A stretch of 64,000 nucleotides of DNA from NCBI GenBank assembly GCA_963769025.1, contig CAVYKI010000009.1, positions 288,001 through 352,000 on the forward strand, written 5' to 3'. The position numbers and the translations under genes were made by a program. The notes under the pieces are model-generated. The model saw only the letters and a list, made by a program, of their open reading frames with translations. It was not told where the DNA came from and did no database searches. Within the stretch, counting starts at the first letter, position 1. Each line of letters begins with the position of its first letter. Shown here one piece after another: positions 21,529 through 33,249 of the stretch. This DNA comes from an uncultured Verrucomicrobiae bacterium (GTDB lineage: Bacteria; Verrucomicrobiota; Verrucomicrobiia; Chthoniobacterales; Chthoniobacteraceae).

Positions 21529-23275
21529 CTAGTCCGCCGCCTGCTTTGCTTTTCGGCCCTTGCCTCCGCCGCCTTCGGGGTACGGTTTCACGTGCGCGCG
21601 CTCGGCCCATGTTTCCCACTTTCCGGCGAGTTCCTTCACCTTCTCGGGCTGTGCCGTGGCGAGGTTGTGAAGTTCCGTGCGGTCGGCCCGCATGTCGTAG
21701 AGTTCCCACGGGCCCGTTCGTCCTTTGGCGACGAGCTTCCAGTCGCCGTCGCGCGCGGCGCGGTTGCCTTCGTGTTCGAAAAAGATCGGCTCTTTGCGAT
21801 CGAGCGGCACGCCGTCGAATGCCGCTCGCAGGCTCAGCCCCTCCATGCGGCTGGATCGCGGCACCCTTGAATTCCTTCGGGTAGTCAGCTCCCGCGAGAT
21901 CCACGCGGTCGCCATGAGATCGATGAGATGCGCGGGGTCTTTCACCAGCGCTCCCATGCCCCCGGGCCCGGTTGCAGCCGGCTGATGCCCGCCGGCCAGT
22001 GCGCGATGAGCGGCGTGCTGATGCCGCCCTCGTGCACCCAGTGCTTGTATTCGCGGAAGGGCGTGTTGCTCACATTCGCCCAGCCTCGCCGTAGCCGATG
22101 TAGGTGTCCGCCGCGCCCGGCATCACGCCGTAGCCCTGGCGCACGGGATAGCCGTCGCGCGTCTGCTTCGGGATCATGTCCGGCTGCAGGAAGCTCGCCG
22201 GCGCAGCGGCGGCAGCGTCGGCTTGTCGGCGCGCGGCTTGGCCTGGCCGCCGCGGCCTATCCCTTCGGCGCAGCCGCCATTGTCCTGGAGGAAGAGGATG
22301 AGCGTGTTTTCGAACTGCCCTGCGCCTTCAGCTCGCGACGATCCGGCCGATGCCCTGATCCATGCAGTCGACCATCGCGGCATAGACCTCCATGCAGCGC
22401 GTCTCGAACTCGCGATCCTTCACCGCGTCTCCAGTCGCCCGCCTGCGGCGACATGCGCCCACCGGGCATCCACCAGGCCGAGTTGCTTCGTGCTTCGCCC
22501 AGCGCGCCGCGCGGATCGCGTCGTAGCCGGCGTCGTACTTGCCCGTGGTATTTGGCGATGTCGGATCTCCTTCGCGTGCATCGGCCAGTGCGCGGCGGTG
22601 TAGCGCCACGTAGATGAAGAACGGCTGGCTGCGCGTGGTCGCCCGGTGCTCGCGGACGAAACGCGCCGCATGGTCGCTGATCGCGTCGGTGTAGTAATAC
22701 TCGCTCGGGCCGATATTCCGGATCGCGCGAATGGCGAGATGACCGTGTTGTCCCGCGTGAGCGAGTTCGGATCGAAGAAGCTGCCCGCGCCGTGAATCGT
22801 GCCGTAGAAGCGGTCGAATCCGCGCTGCAGCGGCCAGTTGTCGTGTCGGCGATTCGTCCTTCGGGTTCTACCTTCGGCGTCACGTGCCACTTGCCCACCA
22901 CGTAGTTGCGATAGCCCGCCGGCTTCAGCGCCTCGGCGATCGTCACGCAGCGGCGGTTCAGGTCGCCGCGGTAGCCGTCGAGTCCCGCGATCATCCATCA
23001 TGTGGCCGATGCCCGCCTGATGCGGATACAGCCCCGTGAGCAGCGACGCGCGCGTCGGGCAGCAGCGGGCCGTGTTGTAGAACTGCGTGAATCGCACGCC
23101 GCCCTTCGCGAGCGCGTCGAGATTCGGCGTCTGCGATCTCGCCGCCGTAGCAGCCGAGGTCCGAGAAGCCCATGTCGTCGGCCATGATGACGATGATGTT
23201 CGGCTTCGCGGCCGCTGCCGCCAAGGACGAATGAAATGCGACGAGCGACGCGATCAGTGGGAGGATCAGCTTCAT
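21529..23275 (-). CDS. Arylsulfatase (S1, Cys-type), multiple frameshifts
   Basis: KPNIIVIMADDMG, RCCPTRASLLTG, GKWH, AHWP, DNG, HEGGISTP, HEGNRA.R.GDWKLV. Confidence 0.9.
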
Positions 23276-23345
23276 CGGATGGGTGTCAGTTGGTCTTTGT
23301 GTCGTTCTCTCATTCGAGGCGTATGTGAACGGAAGTTGCGCGGAG

Positions 23346-25286
23346 CTATTCGCCGATCACTCCGAATTCGGCGACGGTGGCAAAGCTGTTGCCGCCATGC
23401 TCCGACAGCGCGCGGAGCAGGACGTAGCGGCCTTTCGTGTCGGCGCATTTGATCTCCTGCGGATCTTTCGTTTTCGCGAGCGTGGCCTTGGCGACCGGCG
23501 TGCCGAATTGCGTCGCCGACTCGCTCACGCAAAACTCGGCGTCCTTCACTGCGCCGTTCCATCCCGCGTCCTGGCGGCTCAGATAGACGAACCCGCGAAC
23601 GTTGCGTTCTGCGCCGAGATCGATGACGAGTTCGTGCGGCGGCGGAGCGGCACCGCCGGTGAACTTCGTGTGCCAAAGCGTGGCTGGATCGCCGTCAATG
23701 GCGTTGCGGGCGCATTTTTGATTGGCGGCGTTCTCGCTGCTGGCGCGGACAATTTTCCAGTCCCTGTTTGGCAACAACCCCTGCACCGTCAGTGTCGCGG
23801 CGGGATTGGCGGCAGCTGCCCCTTTTGCCCTGCCCTTCGCTTTCTTGGGTTCCGCGTCCTCGGGCTGATCCTGCCTGCCGAACTTCGCGCGGCGGTCGCG
23901 TTCGTGGCGGTCGGTGCGGGAGAACGTGCCTTCGCGGACCGGTTCGTGCGCCTTGGTGGCGAGATCGGTGAGTTTGGCGAGGATGTCAGCGTTCGTCGCG
24001 GCGACATTCTTGGCTTCGCTCGGATCGGTGGCGAGGTCGTAGAGCTCCCAGCCGGCATTGGCCTTGGGCCGCACGGCGCGCCAGTCGCCTTGGCGGATCG
24101 CCGTCCATGCGCCGATCTCCCAGTAGAGATACTCGTGCTGCGCCTGCTTGCGTCCCGCCGCCGCCTCGCCGATCAGCTCGGGCAGGATCGAGAGGCCGTC
24201 GATGTCAGCCGGCGCCTTGGCCCCGGTGACTTCGGCCATCGTGGGCAGCACATCGGGAAAGTAACCGAGATAATCGCTGACACGGCCCGGCGCGATTTTG
24301 CCGGGCCAGCGCGCGATGAACGGAATCCGCAGACCGCCCTCGTACAGCGTGCCTTTGGTGCCGCGATACTCGACGCCGGTCTTCGGGTTCTTGTTCGCGG
24401 AATGGATTCCGCGCGGGTGCTGCGACGGATTTGAAGTAGTCGTTTCCGCCGTTGTCGCCGCTGAAAAAGACGAGCGTGTTCTCGTCGATGCCGAGTTCCT
24501 TCAGCAGCGCGAGGATCTCGCCCACCTGGCGATCCACCATCGTCACCATCGCCGCGTAACGGCGCGCGTCCTCGGTCCACGGCTTGTCCTTGTAGAGCGC
24601 CCACGCGGGGTCGCTGTCGGGGATGTCGAAATTTCCGTGCGGCGGCGTGTACGGCAGGTAGGCGAAGAACGGTTTCTTCGCGCTGCCATTTTCGCGGATG
24701 AACTTCACCGCCGCGTCGTGGATGACGTATTGCGAGTAGGTTTTGCCCTCGCTGCCACCGTTGTTGCCCTCGAGCTTCACCTCCTCGCTGTTGCGGATGA
24801 GGTAAGGCGGATAGTAGGTGTGCGCGTGGACCTGGTCGTAGTAGCCGAGGAAGGTGTCGAACCCCTGCTTCTCCGGCACGCCCGTCGAGTCGCGACCGCC
24901 GCAGCCCCATTTTCCGAAACCACCCGTGGCGTAACCCAGCGGCTTGAGAATCGAGGCGATGGTCTGCTCATCCGCGCGCATCGGAGTGCCTCCGCCATTC
25001 GAGCGGACCGACGTGTGCCCGCTGAATGCTTGCCGGTGAGAAACGTGCAGCGCGTCGGCGCACAGACGGATGAACCCGCGAAGACGTTTTTGAACCGCAT
25101 TCCCTCCGCGGCCATCCGATCGAGGTGCGGTGTCCTGATGTTCTGGCCGCCCATGAAGCCCGGTTCGAAATAGCCGAGTTCATCCGCCATGATGAAAATG
25201 ACGTTCGGCTTTCCGGTGGCTGCCCGTGAAGCGGAAGTGGACGCCAGCGACAGCGCGAGCGCGATGAGCAGGATGGGATGTTTCAC
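23346..25286 (-). CDS. Arylsulfatase with C-terminal discoidin (F5/8 type C) domain, frameshifted
   Basis: KPNVIFIMADELG, VCAPTR, GKWG, PPH, GDNG, LYEGGLR; tail ASSE..ARNAIDGDPATLWHT..PHELVIDLG..GRYVLL..AEF. Confidence 0.9.
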
Positions 25287-26137
25287 GGGTGCAGTTCTTT
25301 GATTCCGCCTTTCAGTGCAAAAATTTCCTTCACCTCGGCATCCGTCAGCGCGCGGTTGAACACGGCGAGGTCGTCCATGTGGCCCACATACGAGGCGCCC
25401 AGCACCAGCAGGACGGACTCGGGATTCCATCCGAGCGTGAGATCCCAGTTCTCGATCGTGCCCATGAGCTTGCCGTTCATGTGCAGCCGGCCGACAGGCT
25501 TCTTCGTCTTGTCGTTCAGGTTTTCAAACGAGAACACCACGTGCGTCCACTCCTCGCGGGAAAACGGCGCGCGCGGGAGGTTCACAGCCGGGCGCTGCTC
25601 GGCGGTCATCTTCGCCCAGTCGAGATTGTTGGGGTTCCAGATCTGGACCAGCGGGCGGATGGCGAACCGGAAGTGGCGGGGCGTCTCGTCCTTCGACCAT
25701 TCGAGAAAGATGAAGCCCTTCTTCGTATCGTCGCCGGTGATTTGCACGGGGTCGCAATACCCCGGCTCCAGATCCTTGTCCGGGTCGAGGCGCAGCCAGA
25801 CGGACACGGAAGCGCTCCAGTTCTTGTCGTTGTAACCGAGCACGCCCGCGCCCTTGAACTGCGGACGGGTGTTTCCCTTCCTCGGGAAATGCAACGCGCC
25901 GCCAAAGCGCCCGCCGTCCGCGACCAGCTTGACGTCCTCATTCGGCACCGCGGGCACGGCGTCCTTGCCCTTGCGGACAAAGCAGCCCTTTTCGCCGCGC
26001 GAAAAATCCGCATCGAGCCCCTTGTCGAAGGATGCGTGGAGAGTGAGTGCCTGTTTCAGCCCGTCAGCGCCCTGCGCGAGGGCGGCAAGGGGGAGGAGCA
26101 TCGCGATCAACAGTCTGCAGGTGCAGTGATGTTTCAT
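25283..26137 (-). CDS. LamG-like jellyroll fold protein, secreted
   Basis: LTLHASFD, GRFGGAL, SVSVWL, EWTHVVF, LHMNG, GHMDDLAVFNRALT..EV. Confidence 0.82.
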   Translation of the reverse strand: MKHHCTCRLLIAMLLPLAALAQGADGLKQALTLHASFDKGLDADFSRGEKGCFVRKGKDAVPAVPNEDVKLVADGGRFGGALHFPRKGNTRPQFKGAGVLGYNDKNWSASVSVWLRLDPDKDLEPGYCDPVQITGDDTKKGFIFLEWSKDETPRHFRFAIRPLVQIWNPNNLDWAKMTAEQRPAVNLPRAPFSREEWTHVVFSFENLNDKTKKPVGRLHMNGKLMGTIENWDLTLGWNPESVLLVLGASYVGHMDDLAVFNRALTDAEVKEIFALKGGIKELHP

Positions 26138-26157
26138 GATGGGGGAAGGTGTCTGAT

Positions 26158-27556
26158 TCAGTTCTTCTTCGGCCTTTTCTTTGCCGCTCCATCCGCCTTC
26201 CCCTTGCCGCCGTTCGGACTCAGGCGCTTCCACCAATCCGGACCCTCGGCGTCGATGGCGGCGTTCTGCCTCATGAGCTGCTCGCGCAACGCCGCGAAAC
26301 GCTCCGGCTCCCGGTCCTTGAGGTCGGTGGTCTCCTTCTCGTCGGTCGCGAGATTGTAGAGTTCGAACTCGGTGAGTTCGGCGTTCGCGAGAATCTTCCA
26401 GTCATCGACGCGCATCGCGATCTTCGCATTCGGGGCCATGAGGAGCTTCCAGTAGAGCGGCTGCGGCCGATCAAGCTTCGCCGTCGCGCCGGTCAGCGCC
26501 GGCATGACGTTGATGCCGTCGAGCACGCGGTCCTCGGGCGCCTCGACTCCGGCTGCGGCGAGCATCGTGGGGAACATGTCGCTGCCGATGACCGGCACGC
26601 CGCTCACCGTGCCGGGCTTGATGTGGCCAGGCCAGCGCGCGAGCCCGGGTACGCGAATGCCTCCCTCGTGCATGTCCCGCTTGCGCCCGCGCAGCCCTCC
26701 GCTGGAACCGCGCCCCGGCGACCTGATCCCGTCGCCCTCCGGGCCATTGTCCGAGGTGAAGAAGACGAACGTGTTGTCGGCGAGCTTCTGTTCGTCGAGC
26801 GACTTCATGAGCATTCCAAAGGCGTGATCCAGTTGCGTGACGTTCGCATGGTGCTCGCGCTGCACGTCGTCGGTGAGGTCGGGATACTGCGCCTTGAACT
26901 TCGGGTCCGACTTGATCGGGTAATGCGGCTCATGCGTCCACACCGCGAGGAAGAACGGCTTCGACGCGTCGCGCTTTTCCTTGAGCCAGGTGATCGCCTC
27001 GCCGACGACGAGCGGCGCCGAATATCCCTCCAGCCGTCCGACCGGCTGGCCATTGCGGATGAAGTTGTTTGGGTTCTCGTGCGACGGCCCAGCGTTGTTC
27101 TGCGTGGCCATCCACCAGTCGTAGCCGTGGTCGCCCGGCTGCGGCTGCGCGGGATTGTTGAACAGCCCGTTCAAATGCCACTTCCCGCTGTGGCAGGTCG
27201 TGTAGCCCGCGCCCTTGAGCAGCTTCGGCAAGCTGTTCTCGCTCGTGCGCAGATGCACCTCGCCTCCATCGGCAATCCACGTGAAGACGCCGTTGCGATG
27301 CGGCGTGCGCCCCGTGAGCAGCGCCGAGCGCGACGGACTGCACACCGCGCTCGCCGCGTAGCAATTGCGTGAGCTTCACGCCCTGTTTCGCGAAGGCGTC
27401 GAGATTCGGCGTCTTGATGATCGGATGCCCGTATGACGCGAGGTCGCCGTAGCCGAGGTCGTCGGCGAGGAAGAGGATGATGTTCGGCTGCGCGGCTCCG
27501 TGACTGATTCCACAGAGGGCAAAAAGGAACGCGGAGAAGATCGGGAGGGATTTCAT
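26158..27556 (-). CDS. Sulfatase (S1, Cys-type), frameshift near 27360
   Basis: [55 protein letters not shown]. Confidence 0.93.
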
Positions 27557-27638
27557 GGTTTGGAGTTTCGTGAGGAGGAGATGGATCAAAACAAGGAAGG
27601 GGACGTCAGATGTCGAAAGTCAGGGCCGCGCGCAAATC

Positions 27639-28736
27639 TCAGGGCGCGGGATGCCCGGTGATTTCCGCGAGCAGCCGGAAAAAGCCGCGTTTGCGTTCGG
27701 AGCTGATGCCCCAGTTCACAGGCGGCGATTGGTAGCCTTCATCCCGGCCTTCGCCCTTCATCCGGAAATCGAAGTAGCCCCACGATGCATACTCGCCGAC
27801 GGCGGCGGCGAAGTTGTTCTCAGGCTTCTCGAAGTCGAAGTGGTCGTCCTCGTTGAAAAGGATCGGCTTCGGCGTGTAGCCGGGCACGGCGCGGGTCTGG
27901 CGCACCATTTCACCGATGCGCGCCGGCACTTTCACGCCATTGCCGTGGAGCAGGAGAAAGTCGGATGCGCGAACGACGTTCTCCTTTGGCACGGCGCCCC
28001 CGCCATAGCTGGTGCCGGTGAGCAGGCGGCGTCCGTCACGCTCCGTCCTGCGCACACGGAGGATGAGCTCATGGACGCGATCCGGACGCAGGATGTCGTG
28101 GTCGTAGGCCTTCACGTTGGTCTCGTTGTTCACCTCCACGAGCACATTGCGCCAGCCGCCGGCAAGCAGCCAGCGAGTGGCGTCGTCGGTTGCGCGGAGC
28201 ACGGCGGCCTCGTCGCGCAGGCGCTGATCCTGGCCAAAGTAGAAGTAGCCGACGATGGCGACCATGCCGAGTTCATCCGCACGGTCGAGGATGCGCGCGA
28301 GGCGGGCCATGAATTCCGGACGCAGCGCGCCTTCGTCGGTGAATGCCGAGTTATGCCACGGCTGCGTCTTCGAATAGCCCTCGGGCGAGCCGCCCTGGAG
28401 ATTGAGCGTGAAGGCGAGCAGTCCGTGTTTCCTCCACTGCGGCATGGCCGCGATGAACTCGCTGGTGTTGCGGTCGGCGTCCCACTTTCCCGTGTCGGGG
28501 TAGGCCCATCGCGCGACGGTCTCGGGATTCAGATCGTCGTAGGTGCCCTGCACCATCCGCGAATTCATGAGCAGGCCCTCGATCCGTTTGCCGTGCCATA
28601 CACGGCCGGGATACGTCGGCTTGCCGTTGATGTGAAAATCCTCACCAACGATGGTGACCGCGGTTTTTCCGGGGTTCGCCGCGACGGATGGGAGGATTGC
28701 GGCGAACAGCAGTGCGACGAGCGCGATCCGCGTCAT
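27639..28736 (-). CDS. Secreted glycoside-hydrolase-like (TIM barrel) hypothetical protein
   Basis: Own signal peptide [20 protein letters not shown] with ATGA overlap; RILDRADELGM, NVLVEVNNE, LLHGN, PILFNEDDH resemble the clan GH-A layout. Confidence 0.6.
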   Translation of the reverse strand: MTRIALVALLFAAILPSVAANPGKTAVTIVGEDFHINGKPTYPGRVWHGKRIEGLLMNSRMVQGTYDDLNPETVARWAYPDTGKWDADRNTSEFIAAMPQWRKHGLLAFTLNLQGGSPEGYSKTQPWHNSAFTDEGALRPEFMARLARILDRADELGMVAIVGYFYFGQDQRLRDEAAVLRATDDATRWLLAGGWRNVLVEVNNETNVKAYDHDILRPDRVHELILRVRRTERDGRRLLTGTSYGGGAVPKENVVRASDFLLLHGNGVKVPARIGEMVRQTRAVPGYTPKPILFNEDDHFDFEKPENNFAAAVGEYASWGYFDFRMKGEGRDEGYQSPPVNWGISSERKRGFFRLLAEITGHPAP

Positions 28737-31367
28737 GGCTTGAACATCGCGTTCGCCCGATCGCCGCCGCTCAGCACGTAGGCGAGGAGGTCGAGGATTT
28801 CCTCCTTCGTGAGCATGTTCAGCAGCATCGGCGGCATGGGCGAAACCTTGCTCGGCTCGATGCTCTTCACTTCCTTGCGATCCACGGCACGTCGCTGGTT
28901 CGGGATCGGCGAGATCGGTGTTCAGCGTCACGTTGTCGCCGTTGAGATTCACGACGACGCCGATGATCTGCTCGCCGTCGTTCTTCGTCACCACGATCGG
29001 GACGAACTGCTCGTTGATCACCTTGCTCGGGTTGATGATCTGGTCGAGCAGGTCGTGCGGGCTGTAGCGGCCGCCGGCGCCGGTGAGGTCGGGGCCGGTC
29101 ATGCCGCCCTCGTTGCCGAAGCGGTGGCAGGTGAAGCAGGCGGCGGCGCCGAACATCTTGCGGCCGTTGTCGAAGCTGCGGTTCTTCATCCCGGTCTCCG
29201 CGGCGGCGCTGAGTTCTTCGAGCGTCCAGTTCGTCGGCGTGCGGCCGGCGAACATCGCGCCGAGCGTTCTCGATGGCGGATCTTGCGCTCGGGCTTCTTC
29301 GCGATGAGCTCGGCGAGCTCGCGTCTTCTCCGCGTCGGTGAAAGTGGCGAGCGCGTCGTTGCGGATGAACTCGATGAATTTGTCGAAGCTCGCGCCGCCC
29401 TTGTAGTTCGCAGCCTTGAGGAACCATTCGAGCTGCGCGTGCGCAGTCTCCGTGCGTCCAGCCGGTCTTCAGCATGCGCAGGCTGCGCGCGTATTCCATC
29501 TGCTCCTCCTGCGTCGGCGCGTCGGCGATCAGCGCCATGCCTTTTGCGGCGAGCGTGGGGCTCTGCAGATAGGCGAGCGTCTCGCAGAGCAGCCAGTTCA
29601 GCTCGAAGGTCGTCGCGCGGGAAAAGCGGATCGAGCTTTGCGATGAGCTGCTGGCGCGTCGCGTCGTCGCGGCCGTCAAAGCGGTTGAGCACGATCTCGA
29701 TCGTGCGCACGCGGTGAGCTGCTGCTCTGCGGCGAGCGCGGCGAAGTCGAGCTTCAGCAGCGCGGCGAGCAATCTTGCCGCGCATGCGCGGTGTCCACCG
29801 GCTGCGTGTCGGCTGTGCGATGCGTGCGGGCACACCCCGCCGACGCGGGCGAGCGCCAGCAGCGCTTCGAGCCTGCTTCGCGGGATCGGTTTCAGCCAGC
29901 GCCTTGTCGGCCCACGTCGGCAACGGGCTGATGCTCGATCGCGGTGCGCGCGGCCCAGCGGATGAAGCGGTCCTTGTCGCCGAGATGCGGCCAGGCGGCT
30001 TCGACGGCCTTCGGGTCCTGCTTGCCGTGGAAGGCTTCGAGTTGATGCGCGCAGGTCGCGCGCATGGCATCTGATGCTTGGCGTTCGCCGTGCGCGGCTG
30101 CGACGCGGCGCCGTGCTTCGCTTCCCGTGTAGGTCACGCGATACAGCCCCGACTGCACGCGCCGTCCGCCGATGGTGAAATACATCGCGCCGTCCTTCGG
30201 GTGGATGATCGCATCCGTGAGCGGCAGCGGCGCGCCGGAGACGAATTCCTCCTTCGTCGCCTTGTAGGTCGCGCCGTCCGGCTCGAGGTGGATCGCGTAG
30301 AGTTTGCCCCAGCTCCAATCGAGCGCGAAGAGGGCGTCCTGATACTTCGCGGGAAACTTTGCGCCGTAGCCAAAGGTCATGCCGGTCGGCGAACCGGGGC
30401 CGATGTTGACGACCGGCGGCAGGTTGTCGGGATAGAACTCGGGCCACTTGCCCGCGCCGTTGCGCCAGCCGTACTCCGCGCCGCTCACGACGTGGTTGAT
30501 GCGCGTGGGGCGATACCACGACGTGTTGAAGTCGTACTCCATGTCCGCGTCGTAGGTGAAGAGCTCGCCGTCGCGGTTCAACGCCGCGTCGAAGATGTTG
30601 CGGAAGCCGGTGGCGAAGATCTCGAACTGCTTTCCCGTCCGGCGAGACGCGGTAGATGATGCCGCCCGGGCCCATCACCTCGCGCATGAAGCCGCGGCCG
30701 TCGGGCATGCGCGGCAGCAGATGATCCTCGCCCCAGACGGCGGGCACCGGCGAAGTCGCGACGGTCTCGGTGCGGCTTCGCGCCATTGCCGCAGATGAGA
30801 TAGAGCGCCTTGCCATCCGGCGTCGGCAGCACGGCATGGACGCCGTGGTCGCCCTTCGCAGTCCATCGCGCGCAGCAGCTCCACCTTGTCGAGCTCGTCG
30901 TCGCCGTTGCTGTCGGTGATGCGATAGAGGCCGCTCGGGATCTTCGTTCTCGTAGTCGTTCACGCCGACGTAGAGCGCGCCGAAGGCGAAGAGCATGCCG
31001 TTCACCGCGCGGATGTCCGCGGGCACCTTCTCGCACGTCCTTCGGATCGAGCGGCTGGCCCGCCGCGGGCGGCGTGAAGCGGTAGAGTCCGCCGTATTGA
31101 TCGCTGGCGTAGATGCGGCCCTTGTCGTCCGCGCAAAGATTCACCCACGATCCCTGCGTCGCCGCCCGGCACGGAGTAGAGCAGCTCCACCTTGAAATCC
31201 TTCGCGACCTTGATGCGCGAAATCGGCGTCGCCTTGTTCTCGCCGATGGCCGGGCCGACCACGGCCGGCCGTTTCGGTTTTTCCTTTGGCTTCGCGGGAG
31301 CCTGCGCGTGCGCGGCGGTGGCGAGGGCGACGAATGCGAGGAGCAGGGGGATGGTCTTGGATTTCAT
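28733..31367 (-). CDS. PVC-type heme-binding CxxCH protein (putative membrane-bound dehydrogenase), heavily frameshifted
   Basis: [35 protein letters not shown] beta-propeller motifs; helical middle; [17 protein letters not shown]-terminal cytochrome c. Confidence 0.88.
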
Positions 31368-31607
31368 GGTGAAGAGGAGAGGGATGACGAAAAAAGTGGA
31401 GGAAGGTCTCGCTGGAGATTCGCTTACGGCGCGACCTTCACTTTCCGAAAGCCCGCTGTCCCGCCAAAGACGAGGAAATTTATGCCCGCCATTTTTTCGC
31501 ACGGCACGGCGAACGCACTGAGAATTGCGGCGGTCGCGACTTCGGGAGGAGGCGTATGTCTCATGACAGGGGAACGCGAAAAACTTCCACGGTGTGAATG
31601 GCGGAAT

Positions 31608-33119
31608 TCAACGCTTCGATCCGGGCGTCGCCCCTTTTGCGCCCTGCCAGCCTTTGAGCCATTGCTCGGTGAGCTTGGCGACGAGTTCGGCGTTCTTCGG
31701 GTCGCCGGCGATGTTCACGTTTTCCTGCGGGTCGGTCTGCTGGTCGTAGAGCTCGACGGCGTCCACTTTGGTGTGGTCGCCCTTGTCGACCCAGCGCGTG
31801 AAGCGGTAGCGGTCGGTGCGCATCGAGTAGCCCATGAGCTGCTTTCCGCCCACGCTGCGCGGGATACTGGCTGAAGGCGGCGCTCTTCACGGACGCCGAC
31901 GGGTCGTCGCAGCACCGGCGCGAGGCTCACGCCTTCGAGATGCGGCGGCAGCGGCAGGCCGCAGAGTTCCGCGAGCGTCGGATAGATGTCCACGAACTCG
32001 ACGAGCGCGTCGCGTACTTCTGCCCGGCGGTTTTCATTCCGGGAACGGAGATGAGCAGCGGCGCGTGCGTGTCGTTCTCGACGTTGCTGTGTTTGCACCA
32101 GCCGGCGTGCTCGCCCGAGCTTCCAGCCGTGGTCGCCCCAGAGGACGATGATGGTTTTTTCCGCGAGCCCGAGCCGGTCGAGTTCATCGAGCACGCGGCC
32201 GAACTGCGCGTCCATGTAGCTGATCGCCGCGTAGTAGCCGTGCTTGAGTTGACGCGCGAGATCGTCGGGAATCGGCCCGGCGGGGATGCCGTGATACGTG
32301 CGCAACTCGCCGCCCGGCAGCACGGCGTAGTCGGGCGCGTCCTTCGGCTGGAACGGATTCGGCGCGAGCGCGATTTTCGCCGGGTCGTAGAGGTCCCAGT
32401 ATTTCTTCGGCGCGACGAACGGCAGGTGCGGGCGGATGAAGCCGACGCCGAGCCAGAACGGCTGATCCTTTTTCGCGCAGTCGCGCAGTGCGGCGACGGC
32501 CATGTCCGCGAGCGCGCCGTCGTGAAAGGTGTTGTCCGGCACGTCGGAACTCTCGAACGCCGGGCCGTAGTTGCGCACCTTTCCGCCGCCCTTCGGCGGC
32601 GGCGCGCTCTTCGACGCCTCCACCTTCGCACTGCACGATCGCGTTGTTTTCCGGCAGTCCGTACGTGCCGTGGCCGCCTTTCGGGCGAAGTCCACGGCAC
32701 GGACCACGATTGCGGATCATCGAAGCCGCCGTGGTAGAGCTTGCCCATGCCCTGCACGAAGTAGCCGTTCTGCTTGAAGTGCTGCGGCGAGCGTCACGAC
32801 GTCCGGGATCGCCTTGCGGAAATGAGTGTCGAGATCCCACACCTTCGTCGTGTCCGGCCGCGTGCCGGTGAGCAGGCTCGACGCGCGAAGGCGAGCACAC
32901 CGCCTGCTGGCAATACGCGCGGGTGAACGTCACGCCGCGCTTTGCCAGCCGGTCGAGATTTGGCGAGTGGATGTAGCTCGCGCCATAAGCGCCGAATTCG
33001 GGCCGCAGATCGTCCACGGCGACGAAGAGGACGTTTGGCTTGTCAGCCGCGGACGACTGGCCGCAGAGGATGAGGAGGAATGCGACGACGGATGATGGAA
33101 AAATGCGCGGAAGAGACAT
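31608..33119 (-). CDS. Sulfatase (iduronate-2-sulfatase-like S1), frameshifted
   Basis: [70 protein letters not shown]. Confidence 0.92.
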
Positions 33120-33249
33120 GGGGCGGGGAGGGGAGGAGGTGGGGAGGCGCGGAGGGGAATCGGACGGGGCGCTGGGGGCGAAACGATATGCAGGCGAAAA
33201 GTGGGCGTGAAGCTCGAAAGGGTTCGGAATGGTGTGGCGCCGCAGGGTG

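Noticed and set aside
27639..29255. 538-aa ORF appearing to fuse a CxxCH cytochrome domain to a GH-like domain
   Set aside because: Frameshift artefact near 28890. The heme protein ends at TGA 28733, and the GH-like gene has its own ATG and signal peptide at 28736.
31502..31517. sigma54-like GG-N10-GC (CGGCAC...GC); a similar one on the minus strand near 35732-35748
   Set aside because: Both point away from the adjacent gene starts and lack the TTGC element.
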